Assembly (NCBI RefSeq): GCF_022045235.1
Contig: NW_027266297.1
Coordinates: 66,898,001-66,962,000 of the forward strand
DNA: 64,000 nt
Source of the DNA: Haliotis cracherodii
Lineage: Eukaryota
Direction of reading: 5' to 3'
A program made the translations under genes and the position numbers. The notes under the pieces are model-generated. The model did not search any database, was not told the origin of the DNA, and saw only the letters and a program-made list of their open reading frames with translations. Numbering within the stretch: position 1 is the first letter of the stretch; every line of letters starts with the position of its first letter. Positions 12,070 to 23,857 of the stretch are shown here, in pieces.

Positions 12070-15000
12070 TTTGATTCTCAACTCCCTATTCAGTGTGTTT
12101 ATTCATGTATGGGAGGCCATAGGCCCATGTACATTTCAGTTATATATAGTAATATACAATTGAGACAATCTACATTGCAAACAATCTTAAGGGTAGAATA
12201 TTACGACTTGGTACGTAATAATAGGGCTTCCTTCACATACTTAGCTACATTTCTGAGTATACAGTCATTTTTGCTATTTAAGAGATTACTAAAAGTCTTA
12301 ATACATGGATTGCTATAGAATCTTACAGGGATAAACTTTTGTCTTAATGTTGCGTAAAACGGGCAGACAAACACAAAATGGACTTCGTCCTCAATACAAC
12401 CATTGTTACATAGCCGACAAAAGCGTTGTGAAGAATCAATATCCTCTCTTCTGCCCAGATTACTCCGTATAGGCAATTCACTTAATCGCAACAGGCACAT
12501 CATACGTCTATGGTCTCTATTTCTGAAAGCTGTAACATAATATTCCATATCCAATAATATCTTGACGTGTGAATAATACCTTAATTTACGAGACTCATAA
12601 ATTTTCATCTGTATACTCTGTTTGTTGCAATCCAACAAACGTTGTCTAAACAGCTGCAAGAAACACTTAACATCACCAATATTCTGTTCGTACCACACAT
12701 TACCAAATCCATATATGTCGAGTAAATATTTAACATGAGTTGCCCAAGTAATTCTACCACATTCATCCAGCTTCTTCATTAACAAATAACACTGTCGGGG
12801 ATATCTTTCATCATTCATTCTAATCAGTTTACACCAGTATTTAACACACTTCATATGATAATCCACATGCAAACCATTTCTTCCACTTTCAGCTAATATT
12901 GCCGTACTTGATACATATTTACCAACTCCTAAAACAAATTTACAAAACTTAGTATGAAAAGTTTCGACAATTTGACTACCTTTGCAGCCCCAGATCTCAG
13001 CACCATAAAGAAGAATGGGCTTTATCTTAATATCAAACAATTTAAATAAAATATTAACTGGCATATTTACAAAGTGAAATTGCAATTGTTTAATGGCAAA
13101 CAAAGCCTTATTGGCTTTTATCTTGAGAGTATCAATGCATTTAGTCCAAGACAATCTATTTGAAAACAGAACACCCAGATAACTATAGTAAGTACTAACA
13201 TTTATACGTTTATCATTCAAAAACCATCGTTCATCATACCTTAAAGTACCACCTCTTCTGAAAACCAAAATTTCGGTTTTAGACATGTTAATTTCAAGTC
13301 CCCACTTTTTACAAAAATTGGATAAAATATCAATTTTTCTTTGCAGACCTATTACTGTGTCATCAAAAATACACAAATCATCTGCATATAGTAAAAGTAA
13401 TATGTCCATAAACTCCTCTCCAATAAAAATCCCTCGCATATCACTACTTTCTATCATTGACTGTAATTCATGGATAAACATCGTGAACAGAAAAGGACTC
13501 AACACGCAGCCCTGTCTTACACCACTCAGTGATTCGAAATAATCTAAAAGAGAGTTATTTGATGTCCTGACAGCACACTGAATCTTAGAGTATAGATCCT
13601 TCAAAACCACCAATAAACGACCATGTATTCCATTTTTCCTTAATGAATACCACAGGAGATTTCGGTTAATCGAATCGAATGCTTTACGGAAATCAACAAA
13701 CAAACAATAAAATCTACCCCGACGTTTAGAGAGATATTTTTGTGCTAAACATTGTAATGTAAATATATTATCAATTGTACTGTATCCGCTTCGGAATCCT
13801 GCCTGAGATTCAGGGATTGTATCATAAACGTCGGCAAAGGTCTTGAGTCTATTATTTAATACTGTTGTCATCAACTTTCCAAATACATCCATCAGCGTTA
13901 TTCCTCTATAATTATTGACATCATTTATATTATCTTTCTTATGCAGGGGAACTACTATACCCTTTGCCCACTCGTAAGGGAATACACCACTTTGCATAAT
14001 CCTATTAAAAACTATAGTTAAGTATGATACGATTGAAGTACTACAACATTTCACCATTTCCGGTAGAATTCCATCCGGTCCAGCCGATTTACCCAGTTTC
14101 AAGTTATGTATAGCTGATGATACTTCTTCTTCAGTTATATCAGCATTAAGGAGATTATTCATAACATCATCATTACAGTAATTGCACTCATTATTATCAT
14201 GATTGTTCATAAAAGTTTCTGCCTCATCTAGAATGTCCTCATCCACAAGCATATCAGTTAAATTAAACACATGCTGGAAATATTCGGTCCACTGTATATT
14301 GGTAATGCCTGGGTTCCCTGTCACAGAAGGTGAAGAAATAATATTGTTGATGCGTCTCCAGAAGGATTTACCACTTTTACTATTATTAACCAGATCATTT
14401 ATACAATGTTCATCATGCTTCAATCTCTTCTGTCTACACATTTCTCTATATTTATTCTTAATTACAACATATTCCTTCAAAAGTTCCTTACTTCCTGAGA
14501 TTCTGAATAGATCAAGTTTATTAAACTTTTGTCTTTTTAATTTCATACACTCATCATCGTACCAATTCTTACTATCCTTAGTCCGGCAAACATTACTATA
14601 CTTCTTTTTTAAAAGACCACAAGACTCAGCACAAATATGAAATACATCAACCAAAGTTTCTACCGCAGACTCGATATTAAGTGGAACCTGGTCTCTGTCA
14701 CTATCTAATACATAAGGTGATAACATATCGGCGACAGACTGCCGAAAAGTTTCAATAACAGTGTCCTTCCAAACATATCTTAGTATATCTGACGATGTAT
14801 TATTTTCCTCGTTTTCTGCCCCATACTCCGTTGTACTGTCAGTATGTACTTGCAATGACATAACGATTGGAAAATGATCAGACTCACACCGTGTACGTAC
14901 AGTAAAGTCGATATCTCTGGTAAATAAGTCACTTGAACATAAACAGTAATCAACCAAGCTTGCTCCGTCTCCTTTAAAACAAGTAAAGCTACCCTCTGTA

Positions 15001-15745
15001 TCACCCGCACATCTCCCATTCAACATGTGAATGTTATGAGTTGAACATAAATCTAGGAGTTCCTTTCCATATTCATTGCATACATCATCACGGCTTCGTC
15101 TTGGCATGTCAAAAGAATCAGACACATAGTCCATGTCCTCAAAGCTCGGTATGTACCGATTACCATCATGCACAACAAAATCGGACTGATTTCCACACCT
15201 GGCATTAAGATCCCCAAATACTATAAACTTACCATTTGGAAAATGATTAGTGATAAATAAAAAGCTTTGCTCGAGATACTCTATACCTTGCAGTGGTCTA
15301 ACATCTGTTACCACAGAGGAACCAGTAGGGTGTATATATGTAAATACAAAGATGTAATCATACAATGAACTGAACAAACTTTTCTCAAAGACTACCAATA
15401 TAATATCGGTGAAATCTAGACACACATACTTGATATAGCGCTCAAGTTCAGACCGAACACATACAACCACACCGCCTCGCGGATTGTAATCTCTGTAATT
15501 TACATAAACACAATAACCGGGGAACACTGTTGCAATCATGTCTTTCTCACAGTTTCTCCAAACTTCAAGAAGACAAAAAATGTTGAACTGTGAACAAAAA
15601 TCAATTAGTTCAGTATTATCCAACTTACTCCTTAAACCATTAATGTTCCATGACATAAACTCGAAATGTTTAATAATAAATTGACAGTCACTCACGTCAT
15701 CATTCACAGATACAGTGTGATCATCGTCATCAATATCACTGTTGT
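12070..15745 (-). mobile_element. Young non-LTR retrotransposon, truncated just upstream of ORF2 (no ORF1)
   Basis: Contains the intact ORF2. The 3' UTR has a hairpin CATGGGCCTATGGCCTCCCAT followed by AATAAA at about 12098-12130. No convincing TSD found. Confidence 0.85.
12201..15707 (-). CDS. Intact LINE ORF2 (AP endonuclease + reverse transcriptase), CR1/L2 group, 1168 aa
   Basis: Endonuclease motifs SWNINGL, GDLNAR, VDY and SDHFP; RT motifs KSAGPDGI, NYRGITL, QAGFR, FVDFRKAFDS, GVRQGCVLSPFLF, LYADD and YLG; C-terminal CxxC...EDEVHFVFVCP; no internal stops. Confidence 0.95.
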   Translation of the reverse strand: MNDDVSDCQFIIKHFEFMSWNINGLRSKLDNTELIDFCSQFNIFCLLEVWRNCEKDMIATVFPGYCVYVNYRDYNPRGGVVVCVRSELERYIKYVCLDFTDIILVVFEKSLFSSLYDYIFVFTYIHPTGSSVVTDVRPLQGIEYLEQSFLFITNHFPNGKFIVFGDLNARCGNQSDFVVHDGNRYIPSFEDMDYVSDSFDMPRRSRDDVCNEYGKELLDLCSTHNIHMLNGRCAGDTEGSFTCFKGDGASLVDYCLCSSDLFTRDIDFTVRTRCESDHFPIVMSLQVHTDSTTEYGAENEENNTSSDILRYVWKDTVIETFRQSVADMLSPYVLDSDRDQVPLNIESAVETLVDVFHICAESCGLLKKKYSNVCRTKDSKNWYDDECMKLKRQKFNKLDLFRISGSKELLKEYVVIKNKYREMCRQKRLKHDEHCINDLVNNSKSGKSFWRRINNIISSPSVTGNPGITNIQWTEYFQHVFNLTDMLVDEDILDEAETFMNNHDNNECNYCNDDVMNNLLNADITEEEVSSAIHNLKLGKSAGPDGILPEMVKCCSTSIVSYLTIVFNRIMQSGVFPYEWAKGIVVPLHKKDNINDVNNYRGITLMDVFGKLMTTVLNNRLKTFADVYDTIPESQAGFRSGYSTIDNIFTLQCLAQKYLSKRRGRFYCLFVDFRKAFDSINRNLLWYSLRKNGIHGRLLVVLKDLYSKIQCAVRTSNNSLLDYFESLSGVRQGCVLSPFLFTMFIHELQSMIESSDMRGIFIGEEFMDILLLLYADDLCIFDDTVIGLQRKIDILSNFCKKWGLEINMSKTEILVFRRGGTLRYDERWFLNDKRINVSTYYSYLGVLFSNRLSWTKCIDTLKIKANKALFAIKQLQFHFVNMPVNILFKLFDIKIKPILLYGAEIWGCKGSQIVETFHTKFCKFVLGVGKYVSSTAILAESGRNGLHVDYHMKCVKYWCKLIRMNDERYPRQCYLLMKKLDECGRITWATHVKYLLDIYGFGNVWYEQNIGDVKCFLQLFRQRLLDCNKQSIQMKIYESRKLRYYSHVKILLDMEYYVTAFRNRDHRRMMCLLRLSELPIRSNLGRREDIDSSQRFCRLCNNGCIEDEVHFVFVCPFYATLRQKFIPVRFYSNPCIKTFSNLLNSKNDCILRNVAKYVKEALLLRTKS

Positions 15746-17399
15746 GGGCCCGGCCACATTCCCTAAGGAGTATTCAACTCAAGCTGCCTGTGAGGCACCA
15801 GAAGGTCACACTACAATCTCACCCTAATCTCAACAGTCGAGTCAACTGCTCTCCACTAACAACGTTGCTTTACTTCCTTTCATCTTGTTGTACACACGAT
15901 CGCGTGGCACCACAGAAATTAGAAGGTGGCGATTGAAATAAAGAGCATATCGAATAATGATTGGATAAAATGCTTGTTTGTAAAAGGAGCTTAATGGAGT
16001 AAGAAAATAACGTCTGACGTTTGTCATTGATACATTCATACGTTACCCTGTATATTGCTGGAGATTGTGATTAGTTGAGTTTGGGCTCATGACGGTGATG
16101 TAAGTCATTGAATATGACAGGGAGGGATGACCACTTGGACAGTGCTATGTAGGGACAGGGTGAGAAGGGGCGTCTGCCTGCATGATCTCATCACAAAATA
16201 TCATCGCCACTCCTACTTCATCAACTCGATTCCTATGAACTTGGCCATCCATCCATTTTTTTACTTCATCATCATCAGCTCATGTAATCTTAATGAAACA
16301 GCATCAAATTGCACTGTGTATAACATCTCTTTGTACTTCAATCGTTTCTATTGTATAAAACTTTAAAATGTATATAGCCCCATAGGTCACCTTGCTGTAC
16401 ATCTCTTGCGTGAGAAAAGGTGTTTCTACACTGAAGCGTCGCCTCAGTGTTATAAAGAAGTTATTTGTCCATAAGGATTTGTCCTTGTTCATGACACCAA
16501 CTTTCAAATGCCACTCATATTTGACACGTCTGCACCGCCTGCACAGTCCTCCATATACAAGTTGCACCCGTCTTCTATAAAACAACTCATAATAGACCAC
16601 ACGTTGGGAGTTTAAAATACCCACATGAAACCCTTATAATGTTAAATTTCTCATATTGTTAAATGGAATCAACTTAAAAGATGTAATAACAAGCAACAGT
16701 GTGAGTATCTATGACTATCATTCAGCTACATTTTCAGTACATGTACTTTACATATATATTTCCTCTAGTGTACTCTATACTGAACTGGCGCTGTAATAAA
16801 TCTGAAACAAAGAGCCACTTTGCCCTCCACGAGTTTAGAGTCAGTGTAGTATGCTTTACGAAACCCATGGGCGGGCACAAAAATCAAAAACCAAAAAAAC
16901 AAACACCAACTGTCAAATACTTATTAGCAGTACAAATAAGAACTCCCCATGTCAACAATACTGAAGGGTCAGAAATATAAACAGCGTGACATTCGCATTT
17001 CGTCAGCTAAACGTGCGTGTAACACCCCGCGACACCGAGGACGATTTATTAAACAGTATTGGTATGTCTATACTGAAGTCATTACGATGTTCTCCATATT
17101 CGATATCATCTCATGATGCGTGATGACCTTTACATGGAACTTTCAGAATCTCCTTACTCGCGTTTACTTGTTTAAAAAAACATGTGAGTGGAATCTGTTT
17201 CCGCAAATATGCGAGACTGATTATTCTATGGTGTTGACGTTTTGAATTTGCAAGTATGCTGAAGGTTTGGTAGTGGTGTCACACAGATGTCATCGAGGGT
17301 GGACACAGTTGAAGTGCACATAAAAGCACCAAACTTGGCACACGAAAACATTCAACCATTCCAAACATTTCCTGATATAGCTCCACCTCAGCAGTCCCC

Positions 17400-18340
17400 G
17401 GTGATAGAAAATCCAAGATGGCCGCGAACATGGTTAAAATATCTTTACCAACTTATGCAGGATAAATTACAACAATGATGTTTATAATTAAAATTCGGTA
17501 TGCAGCACACCTTGGTGGTGATGAAAATCAAGATGGCCAACAAAATGACTTAATCTTCAGAAATTGTCAAATGTTTGTTCACAATATTAGTATCATTTAT
17601 TAATTTCAATCATTTCCATTAAATTTGACTTTAAAACAATTCCATGTAATATGTTATTAAATGTATTAGTTTGTGGTACTAAAATTAATTGATTTGAGGC
17701 AAAGTCTGCATTCCTAAGGGTAGATCTGGGAAATCTATCAGACTGCATGAACTTGGTTTGAATTGTGTAACTGTACACACAAGAAGATTGGAATCAAGTC
17801 GTGTTAGCAATTTCAGATCTGAGAGCTCACCATCATGGCAAAACGGTCATACTTGAATTGATAAAGGTATTGGACCAGCCCTGAAATATGCCTGCAGTCA
17901 AAGGTTTGATTATGAGTCATTTATGCTAGCTAGAGCAGCAACAATTATCCAAAGAGATATCGTCAGGTTGAAACAAACTTTCAGGGGAACTTTCCTTCTG
18001 ACTGCCATTGACAGCCTAAACCTACCTCTTTGAACGCTCTTGTCAGTATGATATTGGATGGACCAGGTTTTCAAAAAATCCTCAACAACAGGTACACAGT
18101 CGCGAGCGTCCCAAACTATCTCAGAGCATCTTGTCTTCAATGCGTGAAATCTGGCGGAAATCTCTTCAACACATTGACACTAGCCCCAATTTACTTTTTG
18201 TACTAAATAAGAAAACGTGATCTTGCTGACATATTTCACAACATGGGTTTGGGCATTTCGTATGACTCGTGTACTTCAACAGATACAGCCAACACAGTTT
18301 GTGGTGTTAATGAAGACGTAGATGTGGTATACCCACCGAC
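17400..18340 (+). mobile_element. Degenerate relic of a large DNA-transposon-type ORF, family not assigned
   Basis: Broken frames give DLRAHHHGKTVIL, ESFMLARAATIIQRDI, PTSLNALVSMILDGP, ASQTISEHLVFNA and MGLGISYD, which I recall from uncharacterised invertebrate transposon proteins. CAAGATGGCC motifs occur at about 17413 and 17530. Confidence 0.45.
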
Positions 18341-18630
18341 ATCTATCATAATCCCTCCTTTAAAACAGCAGACCCGTGAAGATCCGGGGTAGAAGAGGGC
18401 TTCTCCCATAACAGGGCTTGATCTCCAATCGCCAGCAGTGGTTTATTCGTAGTGGTTTATTTTTATTTACGCAATCTGATTGGCTGGATGAGAGTGGAGA
18501 GCTGTGTCATCGTGTTTTGATTGGCTGTCTAAAAATAAATTCCGGCACTATTTTCGAATCGGGGATTCCCGAGGTCGTCTGGTGCAGGAAATACTCAGCT
18601 GTCAAAACATTAGGCCCCACCGTAGTGACG

Positions 18631-21600
18631 ATGTTTCAATCACCGAAAGTTGGTGATCAAGTGAAAATTTGTGGAGGAGGAAGGGGTGTGATATGCGGAG
18701 ATGTATCTGAGAATTTCGGCTTCCCGATGTACGAGATTAAGTCGCAGAATGGGAAGACGGTGACCGAAGCAAGATACCGCTTCGATATTACGGGACCAGG
18801 TGAGCCATTCCGGTAGATTCTTCACTGGGCGTTTTCAATGATAATAAAACAGCTAATGAAATACTTAATTAATTTATGTAAGAATACTAATAAACTACCA
18901 TATTGCTTTTGGTATTTTAAAAAATTAACCATCAAATACATAAGCAATGTCACGTTATAAACGAAGTGTTGATATGGAGCCGATCGATCGTTTGTGTAAC
19001 CCAGCGTCCAAAGCATATTTCATAGTTATTTGACAATAATAGAGACATAAACTTCATATTTCAAGAAAATAAAGACTCAAATAATTTGTATCTAACGCAA
19101 TACTTCATTTTAATGAAGGAAACGATCATACTTTGCCGGACCGTACAGCGCACGACCAGGGTGTACTGCAACCACAGCAGTTGTCTCCCCTTACAACAGG
19201 TAGAGTTTATCCAGATCAATATAATTCATCTATTTGGGCTTATATTTATTTGGGTTTTTTTACCTTGAAGACTTCAATAATTGAAACATACAATTTCAGG
19301 AAAATTATGAAGCTCATTTTTTAAATAAAAAAACAACAACATTACCACATTTAAACTTGAATGTATTAAGTTATAAGTACCTTGATCTCTGAAAACTCAA
19401 GAAAGTAATATATGTATTTATATTTTTTCTTAACTATTTTGATTTCTTATAGGTAGCAGTGAAAAAATAATTTCATACTATTATTTTAGGTAGAAACTCA
19501 CGAGCAAAAGAAAGGAATGGGTCAAAGAAAAGATCAAGAGAGAGTTCTCCATTCAGAGGTAAAATTATGATATAATTTTTTTGGGGAAATTCTGAAAAAT
19601 TTGTTATTTTGGTTGGGTTCGAGGCTTGCCGAGAACTTAGCCATAGGAACGAGGCTTGCCGAGTACCTTACCATGACTTACCACAAGTATAAATATATAC
19701 AATAAAATACACACACATAAATCGATGAATAACTGTTATTAAATCTCATGTTGTTTATTTGTAGATGTTAGACTAGATGGTTCAGATGATGAGTTTGATG
19801 AAGAGTTCAACAACTGGATGTCATGTAGCCAGGAGGAAATACAGCAATTCATCAAGGCACAAGAAAATAAGAACACCGCCAAGAAAACTAATTCAAACAT
19901 GACAACACTTGCCAAGTGGTTAGAGAAAAAGGTGAAACAAGACCCCTTCAATCCATTCCTCCACACAGACTTTACAGTCACCTTTGCAAGTTTTTTATGG
20001 ATGCCAGGAAAAGTAACGGTGAAAACTATGAACCATCATCCCTTAAAGGTAAAATTACGCACTTTAGAAACATTATTAAAGTAATATCCAATATTATAAA
20101 AACATTGGCCTCAGATTGGCAACTTTTCACTATTACATTCACAGATGTCAAAGAAATTGAAGTTTAATATTTTGGTAAACATCCACATCATTCACTTACT
20201 GTCATTCTGATAGCAATGTATAGTATATATTCCAAAATTAGGAACAATCTGATTACAGTTAGTTTAATAGATGACACATAATATTTGAACATCTTAAATT
20301 TCAAAGTAATTATACAAATCTAAATTTAAATATACTGTTATGATGATTTTAATTTTGGTTTATTCTACATTAGGATAATACACTTAATATCAAATTATTA
20401 TTTAGAACAGTCTGCTTATTACTAAAAGTATGAAGCATGCTTATCTTCAAGTTCTTAAAGACATTTTACTTACAGGAATGTTATCATCATTTAACCGACA
20501 TCTGAGGGAACACAATTACGCCTACTGTCTCATTAGGAGCGAGGAGTTCGCCCAACTTAATATGGTCATTGCTTCCAAACAAATGGAACTGAAAAGAAGT
20601 GGGAGAGGAAACAGACCTCGTAAAGCGGATTGCCTCACAGAGGATGAAGTTGACAGGCTTTACTCATCAGGTAAATCCATGTTATGATAAATTTATTCAG
20701 CTCTTAACATCCAAATATTCTGTGACAATTAGTTCTTTAGCTATGAAAAAACATATGAAAACAGCTAAAACTTTTGTAACGAGCGAAGTGGTGCTCTTCA
20801 CATGTATGTTATAAAAGGTCTGTAGGTAATGTATAATTGGCAGGTGTTCTCTTTACTGATATAAAGTCTCCCTCTCTCCCTCAGGTCAACTGGGATCACA
20901 CACACCGGAGGCGCTCCTGCACACTGTATGGTTTAACAATACCATATACTTTGGTATGAGAGGAGTGCAGGAGCACCATGATATGAAGTGGGGCGATTTG
21001 AAACTGAAGCAGGACGGTAATGGCGACGATTATGTCGCCTTCTGTGAGCGATCTACAAAAACAAGAGGTGGAGCAGATCCAAATAATATCAGGTAAGGAA
21101 AATAAATTGGTGATGATTTGTGAGTATGAATATTATATAAATACAACTTAATGTGCAACAAAACCAAAATATTCAATTGTTTAAAATATACTTCAATAAA
21201 ATTGATTTTAATGTAATTTGAAATAATCTTCTGGTATGTTTTATGGATGAAAGAAATGTAACTCTTATGAATTATAATGAGTGACCTTACACAAATAATT
21301 TTGTAATTAATCTGTAAAATAGATCATCAATGATGTGAAAGATACTTTCACTATTTCTATCTATCATGTGTTTGTCTTACAGACAAGTTGAGCCAAAGAT
21401 GTGGGCTACCAAGGAGAACCCAGAACGTTGTCCTGTAAGGATGTTCAAAAAGTATTCAGAATTGAGGCCAACACACTACATGAAGGAAACTGATCCCTTT
21501 TATATATCAACTTGTACAGACATGAATAAGTCCAAGAAGTGGTTCAGGGGACAGCCAGTAGGGATCAACAAGTTGGGTTCCTTCATGAAATCTATGGCGA

Positions 21601-22410
21601 AAGCAGCAGGTAATATATGTTGAACTATATGATCTAAATATCAATATAATAAGAGAACATGTAAATTGTTCATATCAATACATGATAATGTTTACACTAC
21701 AGTGATGATAACTTGACTTACTTACTAAATGCAGATTTAATATAACAAATGTAATACAGTTTTCGAATAAACCATTATGATTCAGGTTTGACAGATGGAG
21801 GACCACAAGCCAAAAGGTTGACCAACCATAGTGCGAGAAAATATGTTGTCCAAAAGTTGTGTGATGCTGGTGTTCCTAGCAACCAAGTGATGCAGGTTAG
21901 GAGCTTCACTAAGTGCTAAATCAGTGAATATTCAAAGTTAAAAAATCAAATTTCATGTTTGAAAACTTGTAAAGATCTGTGCAACTTCTTTATGTCAACG
22001 TGATACAAAGAAAATACTTATAACTAAATTTTAGGAATGAAATTGACATACCCCATATCTCATAAAAATGTATTATTTATTACGCTTATTGATTGCAGAT
22101 ATCTGGCCACAAGAATGTGCAAAGCCTAAATGACTACAGTTCACTGAACAGCAACCAACATAGAACCATATCTAAGATTATTGGTGGACAAGCAAAAAGA
22201 CCCAAAAGCACACAAGGTCCTGTGAGCCCCATACCAGATCCCGTGAGCACCATGGTGTCAAGCCAGATGTCCAGAACAAGTTCTGAGCAGAGGGAGAGCC
22301 ACACAGTCAATGTCTCCAGGGGTGTAGATCCCGTGCAGGGAATGTTCAACAATATATATGGGGGCACATACAACATCACAGTTAATTATTTCCAGAATCA
22401 ACAGTATTAA
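18631..22410 (+). mobile_element. Crypton (CryptonA/DUF3504-like) tyrosine recombinase gene, 9 exons, one 1-nt frameshift
   Basis: Exons 18631-18799, 19119-19199, 19490-19558, 19765-20048, 20476-20670, 20885-21092, 21383-21609, 21786-21895 and 22099-22410, all GT-AG; total 1655 nt (one short of 552 codons), with the frameshift at about 19923-19931. Motifs ENKNTAKKT, ARKSNGENYEPSSL, WFNNTIYFGMRG, ERSTKTR, CPVRMFKKY, WFRGQPVGINKLG, TNHSAR, SGHKN and SLNDY. Element probably spans about 18445-22800. Confidence 0.88.
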
Positions 22411-23174
22411 AGACAATGTATTAAATGTTGTAAATATTTGATAACTGTTGAAATGATATTTTATTGTTTACATATATCCTATGTCTTTATGTTTCACACA
22501 CAATAAACTATTGTGCTTGTCAAATTCATTGTTTCTTGTCATTCTCAAATGTGGGAAAATTAGACAACTCATTTAGTAACATTTTTGGTGTTATGATGGT
22601 AAATAGTATGTTCAAAAGTCAAATATTGAATTATTCACTGTGAAATTAGTTTAAAAAGCAAAATTCGTTTACAAATATTTCAATTCTTTCATGGAGTTGA
22701 GAAGATTCACCTAGCAATAGAAGCTAGAATCTGTCACAGATTTGCTTTGAGATAGGACTTCGCTATCCGATACCATTTTTTCTTCTATACTATTATACAA
22801 TAGATAGCTGATGGAAGATCTTTGAGATGATGAAAGGATAAAAGACATGATATTAAATTACTACTACTAATTCTCTGTTGATTAATTAATTGAAACTGTT
22901 CCCTCTGGTCTCTCCAACTTCTGATACTCAGCATGCTCACAGGCATTGATAGGATCACAAATCTCATCTTCATTTAGACAACATGGCGGCGCTCTATATA
23001 TATTTCCAATATCCTCTTATAATTAGAGACTAATATTAGAAAGCACCTTCAGAAAAGACATCCGGAGTTCCCCACAAAATTAATCGTTACAAAAACACAA
23101 AAGTAGGGTGTGGGGAATAGTATGGACTCCGTTTTTGACATGGCATTGTGGCTTCGTCATCTAATAGCATTATA

Positions 23175-23337
23175 GGGGCGGTCGGGTAGCCTTGTGGTTA
23201 AAGCGTTCACTCGCTACGCCGAAGACCCGGGTTCGATTCCCGACATGGGTACAATGTGTGAAGCCCATTTCTGGTGTCCCCCGCTGTGATATTGCTGGAA
23301 TATTGCTAAAAGCGGCGTAAAACCATACTCACTCACT
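23175..23337 (+). mobile_element. tRNA-derived SINE (family A) with 11-bp TSD
   Basis: A box TAGCCTTGTGG, B box GGTTCGATTCC, (ACTC)n tail; TSD ATAGCATTATA at 23164-23174 and 23338-23348. Confidence 0.92.
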
Positions 23338-23493
23338 ATAGCATTATAAACCGAAATATATTACATGTACGGGTATTTTATTCAATTCTCTTTGTTTATA
23401 TTGATATCGTTCTTGAAAAAATTCTGTTTTAGATGATGTGGATAGAACCCGCAGAGACATCGCGAGCAGGAGGTAAACAGCGACAAAAGGACG

Positions 23494-23857
23494 TAACAAG
23501 TTGATTGACAGACGGCCGTGACATACTTGTAACACGTTGTCTGACAGACGGCCGTGACATATCTGTAACAAGTTGATTGACAGACGGCCGTGACATACTT
23601 GTAACACGTTGTCTGACAGACGGCCGTGACATATCTGTAACAAGTTGATTGACAGACGGCCGTGACATATCTGTAATTTGTTGACTGACAGACGGACGTG
23701 ACATATCTGTAACAAGTTGATTGACAGACGGCCGTGACATACTTGTAACACGTTGTCTGACAGACGGCCGTGACATATCGGTAACAAGTTTATTGACAGA
23801 CGGCCGTGACATACTTGTAACACGTTGTCTGACAGACGGCCGTGACATACCTGTAAC
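23494..23857. repeat. 36-bp tandem repeat, about 10 units, with alternating A/B variants
   Basis: GACAGACGGCCGTGACATACTTGTAACACGTTGTCT alternates with GACAGACGGCCGTGACATATCTGTAACAAGTTGATT. Confidence 0.92.

Noticed and set aside
13285-15019. Antisense or alternative-frame ORFs within the LINE (likewise in the Penelope, I-LINE and Crypton)
   Set aside because: Shadow ORFs of transposon coding sequence.
23175-23250. Possible tRNA genes at SINE heads (also 2218, 37167, 38600)
   Set aside because: No complete acceptor stem, and each continues into a SINE body; most also show a tail and TSD.
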